64,000 bases of DNA from Phoronis australis. Lineage: Eukaryota; Animalia; Phoronida. Made by a program: the position numbers and the translations under genes. The DNA is taken from the NCBI GenBank assembly GCA_002633005.1, contig NMRA01000232.1, positions 360,866 through 424,865 of the forward strand, in the 5' to 3' direction. Below are positions 63,701 to 64,000 of this stretch, piece by piece. Numbering within the stretch: the first letter of the stretch is position 1; every line of letters starts with the position of its first letter. The notes under the pieces were generated by a model, which was not told the origin of the DNA, ran no database searches, and worked only from the letters and a program-made list of their open reading frames with translations.

Positions 63701-64000
63701 ATAATTTAAAAAAGCAATGTTTTTGGTTTAGTTGAAATCTCCCCACTAATGAATTGCTCTTATATAGGATGAAGTTTTGAATAACAACATTGTGACATTT
63801 GATGGTGTCTTGATACTAGTTCTGTACTCACACTCTCAAACACTTGTGGACCTTAATTGCTCCCATCCTTGGCTGAGCCTAAACTGTGCGCCTCCAGTTT
63901 GTATCTTGTGAAGCCCTGGAAAATTAGTCATGATGGTATATTTCTGTCATGAAGAGGTTGATTAGCACTTAATTCTCTGTAAAGGTCTCACTGTTGCTAA

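Noticed and set aside
60755-64000. Further GOLIM4 exons
   Set aside because: No phase-compatible exon with coiled-coil character could be identified by eye; treated as intron.

Overview
Intron-rich, repeat-laden eukaryotic DNA from an invertebrate animal draft assembly (N gap, haplotype-overlap artefacts); species not identifiable. Three genes were reconstructed by hand from splice sites and reading phase. (1) A divergent vesicular amine transporter (SLC18A/VMAT-like) on the minus strand (22182 to at least 5886): 12 exons with a VMAT-like intron pattern, but a +1 frameshift, an in-frame TAA and no recoverable last exon, so a probable pseudogene. (2) An intact 11-exon allantoinase (minus, 43656-31076, 456 aa). 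(3) The first six coding exons of a GOLIM4/GPP130 orthologue (plus, from 44024, probably continuing past the window), head-to-head with allantoinase with only 368 bp between ATGs. The rest holds TTAA-flanked Kolobok-type elements with decayed THAP domains, hAT-type MITEs, hairpin MITEs, a Penelope GIY-YIG 3' fragment joined to a tRNA-derived head and a hammerhead-like motif, three further hammerhead-like cores, and several tandem repeats. I found no clearly new multi-gene system. The best leads are the atypical SLC18 paralogue, the Penelope/tRNA/hammerhead composite, and two cases of duplicated splice donors. Family assignments come from remembered motifs, not database searches.
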